Assembly: GCF_006345805.1 (NCBI RefSeq)
Contig: NC_043000.1
Span: forward strand, 54,312,001 to 54,376,000
Origin: Octopus sinensis
Taxonomy: Eukaryota
Length of the DNA stretch: 64,000 bases
Reading direction: 5' to 3'
Of this stretch, positions 50,759-62,701 are shown piece after piece (the first letter of the stretch is position 1; each line of letters begins with the position of its first letter). Both the position numbers and the translations under genes were made by a program. The notes under the pieces were generated by a model, which worked only from the letters and a program-made list of their open reading frames with translations, was not told the DNA's origin and made no database searches.

Positions 50759-50992
50759 GCGGCGAGCTGGCAGAAACGTTAGCATGCCGGGCGAAATGCT
50801 TAGCGGTATTTCGTCTGCGTTACGTTGTGAGTTCAAATTCCGCCGAGGTCGACTTTGCCTTTCATCCTTTCGGGGTCGATAAATTAAATACCAGTTACGC
50901 ACTGGGGTCGATATAATCGACTTAAAACCTATGTCTGTCCTTTTTTGTCCCCTCTGTGTTTAGCCCCTTGTGGGTAATAAAGAAATAGGTAT
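50759..50992 (+). mobile_element. SINE family B, full-length
   Basis: GCGGCGAGCTGGCAGAAACGTTAGC..GAGTTCAAATTCC; central GACTTTGCCTTTCATCCTTTCGGGGTCGATAAATTAAATACCAG resembles a conserved (MetaSINE-like) SINE core. Confidence 0.85.
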
Positions 50993-51410
50993 TGACTAAC
51001 CGTTTCCACATAGAACTGCTCTTTTGTCTAATTAACAAACAATTATATTTTGGTGTTGACGATGATGTCCAGGTGTTCTATACCACAGCTTATTACCAAG
51101 TGAAACTATGGAAAAACTGTTTTTTATGCACAACTTTTAAATAATATATCTGTAGTAGTTTACATAAACTTTTCCTTGTTTTGAATTGGAAAATTTTAAG
51201 GATGGAAGCAATAATTTTTCATTTCCGCCACACCTACACAACAAATCTGTCACAGTATTTGAGAAGCATTCTTCAAAATCTTGAATGTAAATAACATGTT
51301 AAAGACATTAGACTGGAAAAAAAACAGAAAACATACTCACTTCTACCACAGAATACACACAATTCACAAAAATAGCGAATTTTTGACTGAAGACCGCATG
51401 AATAATAATT

Positions 51411-51444
<34 letters not shown>

Positions 51445-51481
51445 GTATGTGTATATGTATATATATGTGTGTGTGTATATG

Positions 51482-51512
<31 letters not shown>

Positions 51513-51611
51513 ATGCATATATGCATACGTATATGCATATATATATATATATGCATATGTATATATATATGTATATGTATATGCATATATATGTATGTGT
51601 GTGTGTGTATG

Positions 51612-51644
<33 letters not shown>

Positions 51645-51768
51645 GTAATATATATATATATACATATAGTCAATCCAAACAAGAGCAAGCAAGGAAGAAC
51701 GACAACGCGAGGACATGGTATATGTGCTGTGTTATTGGACGCTCAGGAAAGGAAATAAAAGAAAGAGG

Positions 51769-51803
51769 ATTTCACGTTTCGAGTGGAGATCTTCATCAGA
51801 AAT
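51769..51803 (-). ncRNA. Degenerate minimal HHR in a CA-rich PLE-like element (about 51700-52560)
   Basis: Reverse complement AUUU-CUGAUGA-A-GA(ucuccac)UC-GAAA-CG-UG-AAAU; the cleavage triplet is GUG, which is non-permissive. Confidence 0.6.
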
Positions 51804-52524
51804 ATAGAAAAACTCCAAGGGGGAGATGGAGAAAGAAAATCGCCAACGATACACATGCAGACACATATTGAAATTACCGGAAGGGAATGGGTGAAGAAAA
51901 CGTTCTTCCTAAGGCCGGAGAGTGCAAGAGAAGGATGTATGTGTGGGTATGTGCGTGTGCGCAGGTTTGTGTATGTATGTGTGTGTGTGTGTGTGTGTGT
52001 GTAATGATTGCTCGTGTATGTGCGTACGTGTGTGTGTATGTGTCGTTGGACTTTGTGTGGCTTGACGTCGTTGGAAGAATTTATAGTAAGAATTTAGGTA
52101 TGTCTGTTGTGTCTCCCTTCACATGTGCGTGGGAGAATGGTCAGTAGAAAGATGTTTAACTGGTAGTTTGAAATATGTGTGTGTGCGTGTATGTATGTTT
52201 TGTGTGTTTTGTGTGCAGTGTGTGTCTGTGTGTGTAGGTGAGTGTGTGTATGTATGCGTGTATGTGTGTAGGTGAGTGTGTGTATGCGTGAGGTTGTATC
52301 TGTGGATTAAATGTACATTGCTCTGTGTGTGTGCGTGTGTGCGTGTATGTGCGCGTATTTGTGTCCATGTGTGCATAATTGTGTGTGTGTATGGGAGGTA
52401 TGTGTGGGTTCATTAGCGTGTGCGTGTGTGTCTATGTGTGTGCGTGTGCATGTGTGTGTGAACGAGAGGTTGTGTGGGGAAGTATATATGCGTCTTTTTG
52501 CGCGCGCACACACACACACACACA

Positions 52525-52596
<72 letters not shown>

Positions 52597-52944
52597 TCTA
52601 TCAGGTCATTAGCTTTCGTGCTTTTTTTTTTATATCACTTCACTTTTGTTAAAACTAGACAATTTGTAACCACATTATCTCTTATTCTCTCCTATAAGTA
52701 TGACTGGTCTGTTAGTGCATGAACTAAAATTCTGCTGAAGTGAACTTTGTCTTTCATTCTTTTAAGGTAGATAATATATAGTACCAGTCAAGTTTTGAGA
52801 TCAATGTAATTGACTACCTGCTTCCTAACTGCTGGACTTGTACCAAAATTTGAAGTTATTGTTGTTATCCCCCATCATCCTCTTTTTCTTTCTCTCATTC
52901 TCTCTCTGTTTCTCTGTCTCTCTCCCTGTATGTATGTGTGTGTA

Positions 52945-53133
<189 letters not shown>

Positions 53134-53140
53134 ATATATA

Positions 53141-53572
53141 TATATAATATTAATTAGAGACAAAACCACTATTATGCAAATCAAACAAAGAAAGACTTAA
53201 TCCAATACATAAAAAATTTTATATAAATTAAATAAAGTTAAATTCGCCACTACAATTGTTTCATGTCTCTTCTAAGGACATTCATCAGTTGGTATTCAGA
53301 TCTTCTATTCATAACTTAAAATTGAATAGAAGATCTGAATACCACCTGATGAATGTCCTTAGAAGAGACACGAAACAATTGTAGTGGCGAATTTAACTTT
53401 ATTTAATTTATATAAAATTTTTTATGTATTGGATTAAGTCTTTCTTTGTTTGATTTGCATAATAGTGGTTTTGTCTCTAATTAATATTATATAATATTTT
53501 ACTACAAAATTGGATTCAGTCCTAAATCTGATTTTTCCCTGTAAATTTGGATTTATTCCCTAATATTTATTA
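53141..53572. repeat. Near-perfect fold-back, 171-bp arms, 11-nt loop, one-sided extension 53494-53572
   Basis: 53141-53311 / 53323-53493, only two mismatches seen; same termini and extension as 4817-7624. Confidence 0.9.
53342..53387 (+). ncRNA. Minimal type-I hammerhead ribozyme
   Basis: CCAC-CUGAUGA-AUGUC(cuuagaaga)GACAC-GAAA-CAAUUG-UA-GUGG; mirror copy on the minus strand at 53247-53292. Confidence 0.75.
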
Positions 53573-53573
53573 T

Positions 53574-53607
<34 letters not shown>

Positions 53608-53609
<2 letters not shown>

Positions 53610-54520
53610 TCATCATCATCATTTAACGTCCGCCTTCTCTGCTAGCATGGGTTGGACGATTTGACTGAGGTCTGGCGAACCAGACTCCAATCTGATCTGG
53701 CAGAGTTTCTACAGCTGGATGCCCTTCCTAACGCCAGCCACTCCGAGAGTGTAGTGAGTGTTTTTACGTGCCACCGGCACGAGGGCCAGTTTGGTGGTAC
53801 TGGCAACGGCCACGCCCAAATGGTGCTTTTTACGTGACACCTGCACAGGAGCCAGTCCAGTGGCACTTGCAACGACCTCGATCGAATATTTCACATGCCA
53901 CCAGCACAAGTGCAGGTAAGGTGACGCGGTAACGATCACACTTGACGATCACGCTTAACGTGCCTTCGGCACGAAGGCCTGCTTGTTGCTCTGGCAACGA
54001 TCTCACTCGTATTGTACTCTTAGCGTTCCACTAGCAACGGATGCCAGTCTTCGAATTTGATTTCTACTTCGATTTCACTTGCCTCAACTGGTCTTTGCAA
54101 GCAGAGTTTAGTGTCCAATGAAGAAAATGTATGCACAAATGGACTGCTTACACCCCTAGCATAGGCCACAAGGTTATGGTCACACTTGTGCTTGTCGCGT
54201 CTTCTGCAGCACAGCATATTTCCAGAGGTCCCGGTCACTAGTCATTGCCTCGGTGAGGCCCAATGTTTGAAGGTCATGCTTCACGACCTCATCCCAGGTC
54301 TTCCTGGGTCTACCTCTTCCACAAGTTCCCTCAATTGCTAGGGTGTGGCACTTTTTCACACAGCTATCGACATCCATTCTCGCCACATGACCATAACAGT
54401 GCAGTCGTCCCTCTTGCACACCACATCCGATGCTTCTTAGGTCCAACCTTTCTCTCAGGGCACTAACACTCTGTCGAGTATGCACACTGACATTACACAT
54501 CCATCGGAGCATGCTGGCTA
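53608..54520 (-). mobile_element. 5'-truncated RTE-clade LINE
   Basis: ORF 54180-54542: MLRWMCNV..RLHCYGHVARM..GRGRPRKTWDEVVKHDL (RTE ORF2 C-terminus); long 3' UTR; (GAT)n tail. Confidence 0.9.
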
Positions 54521-55493
54521 ATATATATATATATACACACATATATATTTATATATACGTAGAAATTAGTTATCCACCGCTTTGGTGGATAACTAATTTT
54601 ATGTGATCTGCTTGAAAAGTTAAGATACTTGGATATTTTCCTATTCCTCTTAACATGGAACCAATGGTAGCCTTAATTCATAAATAAAGAAATTATATAT
54701 ATATATATATATATATAATATGTATGTTTGTCAAAATTCTCTACACAAATTATTAAAGAGCTACAAATAGTTTCATACATTTCATGATACATCAAATAGG
54801 CAGATTGATAAAACACTCAATGTATCTCCAATCAATCTTTTAGGCTCTATTTATGCGTTAAGTGTATTTTAACAATCCTGGACGCATGACTGTGAGAAAA
54901 TAAGAAACACCAATGAGGGGGAAATGAGAAGAATGTTCGTGCAAAAAAATTTGAATGAAAAGAAAGGAAAGAAAGCACGCAAATCAAGATTCCTATCCTC
55001 CCTGATTGCAGAAAGCACAGTTAATGCAGCTGGTGCAAGACGATATTATAGGAAAAATGTCAAAGTGTATATGTCTACTGGAGGTAAGGAATTGTTAGAA
55101 TACTGAAAGAAATATTTGCTCTATTCATCCACTCATTTACATTCTGAATTAAAATCTTGCCATGATCAACTTTGATTTTCATCTTTCCATGTTTGATAAA
55201 ACAAAGTACCAGTCAAATGCTGGATTGATATAATTTACCTATCCAACACCCAAAAAATTGCTTGCCGTGCACTAAAATTTTAAACCATTACTATTATTAC
55301 TATGAATCAGAATTCTATTTCACTTTAATCTATCAACTTCTTAACATGGAACCAATGGTAGCCTTAATGCATGCTATCAAAACAATGAATTAAGATCAGA
55401 AGCCATGAGATCCACTGCCTAGTACTGCATCAGCACAGTGGGGGCTCTACTACTACTACTATTATTGCTATTATTATTATTATTATTATTATT

Positions 55494-55822
55494 CAGTAGT
55501 TTTATTTTTATAGCGTGCTTTCACTTCACTAATGAGCGCAGCTCTGTGTGCCTTGGGTATGTGCTGTGATTCGTTGTGATGCTCTGATGGTTATTGTATG
55601 GAAAGTGTTCTGCGTAGGATGTGTGCAGTGCCTAGTAGTGCAATTTTCTTTATGTTATATGTGTTTGTAAGTCCTGGTGTTTTTGTTATGTATTTGTCTG
55701 AATATTTTTTTATCATGCCTAATGCACCTACTATGATAGGGATTGTTTCTGTTTTTAGATTCCACATTCTGGTTACCTCTATTTCCAGGTCTTTGTATTT
55801 TGAAAGTTTCTCCATTTCTTTT
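55494..55822 (-). mobile_element. 5'-truncated R4/Dong-like non-LTR element (RLE domain C-terminus)
   Basis: EKLSKYKDLEIEVTRMW..IPIIVGALG..KIALLGTAHILRR; both flanks are (TAA)n. Confidence 0.8.
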
Positions 55823-55844
55823 AATTATTATTATTATTATTATT

Positions 55845-55914
<70 letters not shown>

Positions 55915-55916
55915 CC

Positions 55917-55948
<32 letters not shown>

Positions 55949-55952
55949 TATT

Positions 55953-56032
<80 letters not shown>

Positions 56033-56034
56033 CA

Positions 56035-56420
56035 AGTGAAAGAGCAGTGCATGCTATCAAAATGACACTGGGGTAAAATATACGAAGCCTTGAGGTGAAT
56101 TATTTAAACCCCAAAAGGTGAATTATTCAAATCCCAAAGAAAAGTCCTCTCAACACATGGCTATGATTCTCCCCCCACTAGTTCTGCTCATGATCAGAGA
56201 TGCACATATTGTCAGCCACTAAGCGACATGCCCAACTGGTTACGGTCAAGCAACTAACAAGCAAGTCTGTGGTATTGAGCTGAATATTTACTGCAGCCCA
56301 TCCTTTATACTAAGACAAAACAATGTTTGTGATAACACTTCCAATGAATTAAGATCAGAAGCCATGAGATCCACTGCCTGGTACTGCATCAGGACAGTGG
56401 GGGCTCTACTACTATTATTA
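56035..56420. mobile_element. Unclassified interspersed repeat
   Basis: Partial inverted copy at about 12540-12680; deleted derivative at 55369-55460. Confidence 0.55.
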
Positions 56421-56503
<83 letters not shown>

Positions 56504-58171
56504 GTCTCTACTGATGGAAGGCATAGTATAGGATAGTATTAGAGATTGAAAATATTGATTCGGATTGTTAAACAATATAAATTATTTGAAATTATTTTTA
56601 TACCTAATCATTAGAATTATTTTATTTTCATTCTTTAATTCATCATAATTTTAGCTACTTTTTTTTCCCCATTATCATTGCTCCAACTTATTACTTGCTA
56701 ATTACTCCCAGATTTGGTAATATTCCTATGTTGACTTTCTTCCACTAAATAGGTTATTCTTTTAAGATCAATTATTTCTAATAACTTCATTGGAAATTGT
56801 ATTCTTAAAACTGAATTTCTTGAAAGAAATATATAATTATATTCACTTTTATATTCTGAGAATTTTTGTTTGTTCTATTGATTTATTGATTGGTCATATT
56901 TTAACAGATTACAGCTATTCAATTCCATATTAAAAGTATTGCATATAGTAATATTCTGAAGAAAAAAATAAATATAATTGCAATGAAAAAAATGGCAAAA
57001 AATAGTAAACTCTTGAGGCAACTACAGTGACAATGCAGCATTTAGGTGTCATGTAATGTTTCTAATCTGTCTCAGAAAAGAGTTTTAATAACTTTAATAA
57101 TCTAATGGACTTGTCAGAAAATATCGAGTTTAAAAACTGATCAGGTGGAACAAAGACATTTTTCGTTTTCTTCTAGTGTACCAAATTATTATATACTAGA
57201 GGTTGATAGATTAAAGTGAAATAGGATTCTCATTCATATATATTGAACACACAAAAACAAGTAAAAAACAAAACAAAACAAAAGCATACAAATTGGCTTC
57301 AAAATACAACACATTCATATATATATGTAAACACACACATATGTATATGTATGTATATATACGAGAGAGAGAGAGAGAGAGAGAGGGAGGGAGAGAGAGA
57401 GAGAAAGAAAGAATTACTGAAATATAATTTACCCATAGAAACATGTGTAATTGTCTCTCATCATATATGTTACACTTCAGTTGCTTTTAGTTTCTGCGAT
57501 ATCTTGTTTGTGTTCAATATGCTGGAATGCAAACATACACTAAAATTGAATAAGCTGCAGGGGTACTTTGCTAAATTAAAGCTTTGTTTTACCCATTTCA
57601 TGGCTATCAAATTAATTTGGTAGATGCTGGAATGGAAAATCAAGCATGATATAAGAGGTATGTTTATTTACTATGTATATATGTATGTATGTACGTATGT
57701 ATGTATGTATGTACGTATGTATGTATGTATGTATGTATGTATGTATGTATGTATGTATTCATGTATTCATGTATATATGTATGTGTATGTAAGGTTTTGT
57801 ATGTATGTATGCCTGCATGTATGAATGTATTTATGTATATATGTATGTGTATGCGTGTGTGTTTATGTATGTATGTGTGTATGTATGCATGCATGAGATA
57901 GGTAGTTAGGTTGGAATAGATTATTTTACAGATATTTTGAGTGGAATATCGGTAGATTCATTAACAAGTTGGAAGGGGGGAAACCTTGCAGATGTTGTTC
58001 TCGTTCTCTTTTAAATCCTGCCAATGTCAAATTTCCTTTCAATTTTTTGTAGATGGTAAATAAAATCCAGTGCAGAGTGGTTAACTAATTGAATTATTTG
58101 GTGGAGAAATAAAATGTCTTATATCAGTTCAGTGTTTTGGGTGTGAATTAGTGGTTTATGTATTCAGCTTA

Positions 58172-59003
58172 GTGAAGGCATGTGGCCTAGTGGTTAGTGT
58201 GTTTGGCTCATAATCATTATGTCATGTGTTCAATTCCCAGCAGTGTGTTGTGTCCTTCAACAAGACATTTTATTTCATATTGCTCCACTTAACTCAGCTA
58301 ACAAAAACGAGTTGTACCTCTAGTTCTATTATGTCACACGTTCGGATGACCTCTACTCAACTCTACTCTACTCTTCTCTCACCGCTACTCAACTGTTCTC
58401 TGATGACGTCTAGACTTCTCCCTCTATATCTATGTATTGGGCTAGCCTACTTCATTGTCTGGGGGCATCCACACAACAAGTTCAATGGGTCAGTCTCATC
58501 ACATTCTGCCTCACATTGAATCTCCCTGAGAACTGTGTTAAAGTTACACATGTCTGTGGAGTGCTCAGCCAATTGCTCATTAATTTCGTTAGTAGGTTGT
58601 ACTGTTGATTGTATCAAATGGAACACTTGTCATGACTGACACAGTGCCCCTCCTGGTTATTTAGACCCTGACACTAATGACTCTAATGACAAGTATCAAA
58701 CTTTATTAATCCTGCTTCTCATGTGGCCAATACTGATAAAGTGGTGAAGAGCATCTCAGCAATTGCTGTTATTATTTCATAAACAAAGGCTGCAAGCTGG
58801 CAGAATTGTTTGCATGCTGGGCGAAATGCTTAGCAGTGCTTTGCCCATCTCTGTGTTCTGAGTTCAAAATCCACTGAGGTTGACTTTGCCTTTCATCCTT
58901 TCAGGATCGATAAAGTAAGTACCAATGAAACACTGGAGTTGATGTAATCGACTAGTACCCCCCTCCATATTTCAGGCCTTGTGCCTATATTAGAAAGGAT
59001 TAT
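58172..59003 (+). mobile_element. SINE D-like head element (58172-~58625) and SINE B copy (58790-59003)
   Basis: tRNA-like heads and the SINE B core motif. Confidence 0.65.
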
Positions 59004-60345
59004 TTCATAAACAAAACTTTACTCAGGTCTACACCTTGCTTAAAAAACTTCAGATGTGGAACTATGAAAGCATATATCTAAACATAAGTTTATGTAACAC
59101 TAATACAAAAGGAAAGCCATTCCCTCCATCAAATATTAAGAGTAACACCTAATTTCATCACCTTCCAACCACAAAGTATACTCCAATGGAGAAGAGCTGC
59201 ATGGCAACAACAGGAAATATCTGAGTCCTTTCAGCTCATATTATGGCACACTTTTTCCATTTCTGATATCTATAATTACCTGCAAAGCCTGAGTTGAAAC
59301 TTTCTTCAACCATGAAATATGTTTTGCACTCATTCGAAATATATCTTATATTCTTTTGTCAGTGAAAGAGTTTGAATAACTGACTATGTAAGACTGAAGC
59401 ATGTCAGGTGTTATCAACATATGCCAAAGTGATAAGATTCACTCACCTCTACATACCTTTTATAAAAATATATATGGTTGACCACTTCACTAATAGTAAT
59501 TTAGAATTATTAATGTAGAAAATTACTGTTGTCAACATTAAAGGTGTCATTTGAATTATATAAAATTTCATCAAGTACTACATCAAATATGCTAACCTGC
59601 TTCAAAATTTTGTTTTACAGTTTGCTGATCATCATTCTCTCTCTTGGTTCTAGCCATTCTCTCAGGTGGCTCTACCATATCATTGCTGTGTTACACTCTC
59701 TTTCTCTTTGCAGTTAGCAAACCACTTTAAAAAATCCTAGTGCAGTAGTCTGTCTTGTTAACCATTGAAAATTTCCCAAACAAAGCAAGCTAATAATAGA
59801 TAATCACCACCTGAAACAATGTGTCTGTGTATTATGTAAAAAAACAAAAAAAAACAGGGCTCTGTTTGTGGTCAGAAATACACATGTGCATAATACCAAT
59901 TTTAATGATTCTGCATTGCATATAACCAATAAGATATCTACGAAAAATGAAGTAAATCTGGCAAATCGTGAGCCAGGCTAAAAATCATATTCATTTTGCA
60001 GCTCATTAACAAGCAATGGTCATACACATTACTGAAATGATTCTGATGTCGAAACCTTTCAAAGGATTGCATCATAAAAAGGATATCCTGATTTGATACC
60101 ATTGCATGGCTGCTTGAACACAATTTTTCTTCACACTTACGAGGTATGATCAATAAGTATCTGGACTGTTGCCATAGTAACGAAGCTAAAGCACTCAGAG
60201 TAAAGCTGCTTGGCATAGATTGACCTTGAACTCTGCTGTGGATGCACACTAAGGTTTAGCATTCTAGCTCACGTCTGCTATTTACAACAGTGCTTGCAAA
60301 GAAGGTGTTTAGCCCGTGATCATCACATTGACCATCACAAAGAAA

Positions 60346-61075
60346 CGTATTAATAACATGCACCAAGTATGGATTCAGGACATCTGTATGCCACAAGCTG
60401 ACCTTCACTGGGCGATACTTCAACTTCAATTTCCACCATCCATACAGTGTAAAGACAAGGATTTCTCAGTGCCTAAAACATCGAGCAAAGAATATAAGTA
60501 GCGATCGTGATACCCACTACGAAGAAATGATCAAGCTCAGTAACAATCTATTAAGCAATAACTACCCCCAAAACATACTGTTCACTCAAATTAGGAAGAA
60601 GAGGGAGGGTGAAACCAATAAACTGCTCACAACCTGTCTACTCTATGTGAATGGCCTCTCCGAAACGATACAAAATATATGCAGCCCATATGACATCAGG
60701 ACAGTATTCAAGAGTAATACAACACTTCGCAAATATCTCCTTCGAGTAAAACCACCAGTAGACGAGAATATGACCAAAAACTGCGTGTAAACTATCCCAT
60801 GCAGCTGTGGTAGGTTATACAAAGGTGAAACATGCCACTTCCTTAAGATAAGGGTAGCAAACACAAGAGATATTGATAATTGGTTATATCTGATCATATA
60901 TGGAAAAATGGAGACCACCTCTCCCTGTGGGATGAAGTTAAAATAATAGACAGAGAACACCACTGGAAAATACTAAAACTAAAAGAAGTAGCACATATGC
61001 TAGGACACAACAACCTCCTAAGCAGACCAAGTGCAGATATGAATAGCATATGGGAACTGGGAACTGGTATTAAAG
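60346..61075 (+). pseudogene. 5'-truncated Penelope/Poseidon-type PLE ORF (RT thumb plus GIY-YIG)
   Basis: VLITCTKYGFRTSVCHKLTFTGRYFNFNFHHPYSVK..CV*TIPCSCGRLYKGET..SDHIW..KLKE. Confidence 0.85.
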
Positions 61076-61133
61076 AAGGATAGGAAAATATTAGATTTAC
61101 AAGCCTTAAAATTCACTCCATAATTGCCCACAA

Positions 61134-61231
61134 GCATATGGTAAAATGGTTAAGAGTGCGGGCTGCCAACCCCAAGATTCCGAGTTCGATTCCAGGCAGT
61201 AACGTGAATAATGATAATAATAATAATAATG

Positions 61232-61262
<31 letters not shown>

Positions 61263-61462
61263 CAACAACATCGAAAAATAACTCAGGTTCAAAATTTCTC
61301 AAGGCACCTGATGAAGGCTGGAGGGTATATCAACAGAAACGTTGTGTGAACAACAAACAAGATGAGGACAAATATCCATAAAATGTAAATAATGTAAATG
61401 AGGACAAATATCCGTCAAATGTAAATAATGTACATAATTCCTCATCTCTTAAATATAGAACT
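61134..61462 (+). mobile_element. SINE family H, copy 3; HHR core intact at 61305-61346
   Basis: B box at 61182-61193, (AAT)n, CAC-CUGAUGA-A-GGCUG(gaggguauau)CAACA-GAAA-CG-UU-GUG, 3' end CATCTCTTAAATATAGAACT. Confidence 0.8.
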
Positions 61463-61539
61463 TTACAACACAAAGAAAGTTGAGCAAAGAATCTGTATCA
61501 AATTTTGCCAAAAGCTTAGTGATACCTGCTCAGAGGCCT

Positions 61540-62080
61540 ACACAAAGTTTCCAAAAACTTTTTATCATTCTCAACTTAATCAAGGAGATCTTGCACAACT
61601 GAAACCCAAGTGTCTTTTTAGTCAGCTGAAGGTAGTTTTAGCATAGCAGACATGTGTCTTATACCCAAATCTTGAATGATAATGGACTGAACTATAACTA
61701 ATCTGCATATCCTCTGATAACTCATGGATGGTGATTTCGTCTCACAGCAATATGCACATCTACAATGTTTTTCTTATTCCTGCTGGTAGTGGATCTCCCA
61801 GAACATTCGTCAATATCAACAATTTTTCAGCCATCTTGTAATCGACTAAACCACTCTTACACTTGTGTCCAGCTCATACACTCCTCTCTATACACTTTCT
61901 GCAACATTGCAAAGCCTTTTGAGCAGGTATCACTATCACAACTTTCTCTGTCAAGGTCAATGAGTTGATGATCACATGCTACATACCCTCATTCCATGCA
62001 CTGCTGTATACAGCAAGAGTGATTTAGGAAGTTAAAACTTAGTGCACATGCACAGCAGAGCTCAAGGGGAAGCGTGCTTT
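61540..62080 (-). mobile_element. Second mariner 5' fragment (HTH region), opposite orientation
   Basis: Minus strand LQKVYREECMSWTQV*EWFSRLQDG..SGRSTTS..; 62035-62075 is an inverted homologue of 60221-60260. Confidence 0.7.
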
Positions 62081-62367
62081 AGTCTATTGTATCATTAATA
62101 CAATATCTGAGTTGAATTGAGGGAAACTGCTTAAAAGGTCATGAGATGAATCATGTCTGTGATTCAAAAGTTCACTTTCGGAACAGAGGCTCACATTGAT
62201 TTATTCAGATAATTATGTTAAGAGTACATGCTTCTGTGGAATGCTCAGTTACTTCAGGCTTTAATTCTGAGTAGGTTATTCATTTGATCAAACAAATAAT
62301 ATACATTGTTAATATCAACAGAGGATTTATATGAATAGATAAACATATGTAAACATGCATATATATG

Positions 62368-62423
<56 letters not shown>

Positions 62424-62425
<2 letters not shown>

Positions 62426-62648
62426 GCTGGCAGAAATGTTAGCACACCAGGCGAAATGCGTAGCCGTATTTCGTCTGCCGTTACGTTCTGAGTTCAAATA
62501 CCACCGAGGTCGACTTTGCCTTTCATCCTTTCGGGGTCAATAAATTAAGGACCAGTTACACATTGGGGTCGATGAAATCGACTTGATCCCTTTGTCTGTC
62601 CTTGTTTATCCTCTCTGAGTTTAGCCCCTTATGGGTAGTAAAGAAATA
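62424..62648 (+). mobile_element. SINE family B, full-length
   Basis: Same head, core and tail as 50759-50992. Confidence 0.85.
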
Positions 62649-62664
62649 TATATATATAAGTATG

Positions 62665-62701
<37 letters not shown>

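Larger units (their letters stand above)
60138..61530 (+). mobile_element. Mariner 5' end interrupted at 60346-61468
   Basis: TA|CGAGGTATGATCAATAAGTATCTGGAC TIR; coding resumes at 61469 as TKKVEQRICIKFCQKLSDTCSEAY. Confidence 0.8.

Noticed and set aside
59281-59690. Putative upstream exons giving ..NFEA-DIFRMSAKHISWLKK (RhoGAP-like IFR)
   Set aside because: Acceptors are purine-rich and weak, and phase linkage to the 41493 exon is missing.
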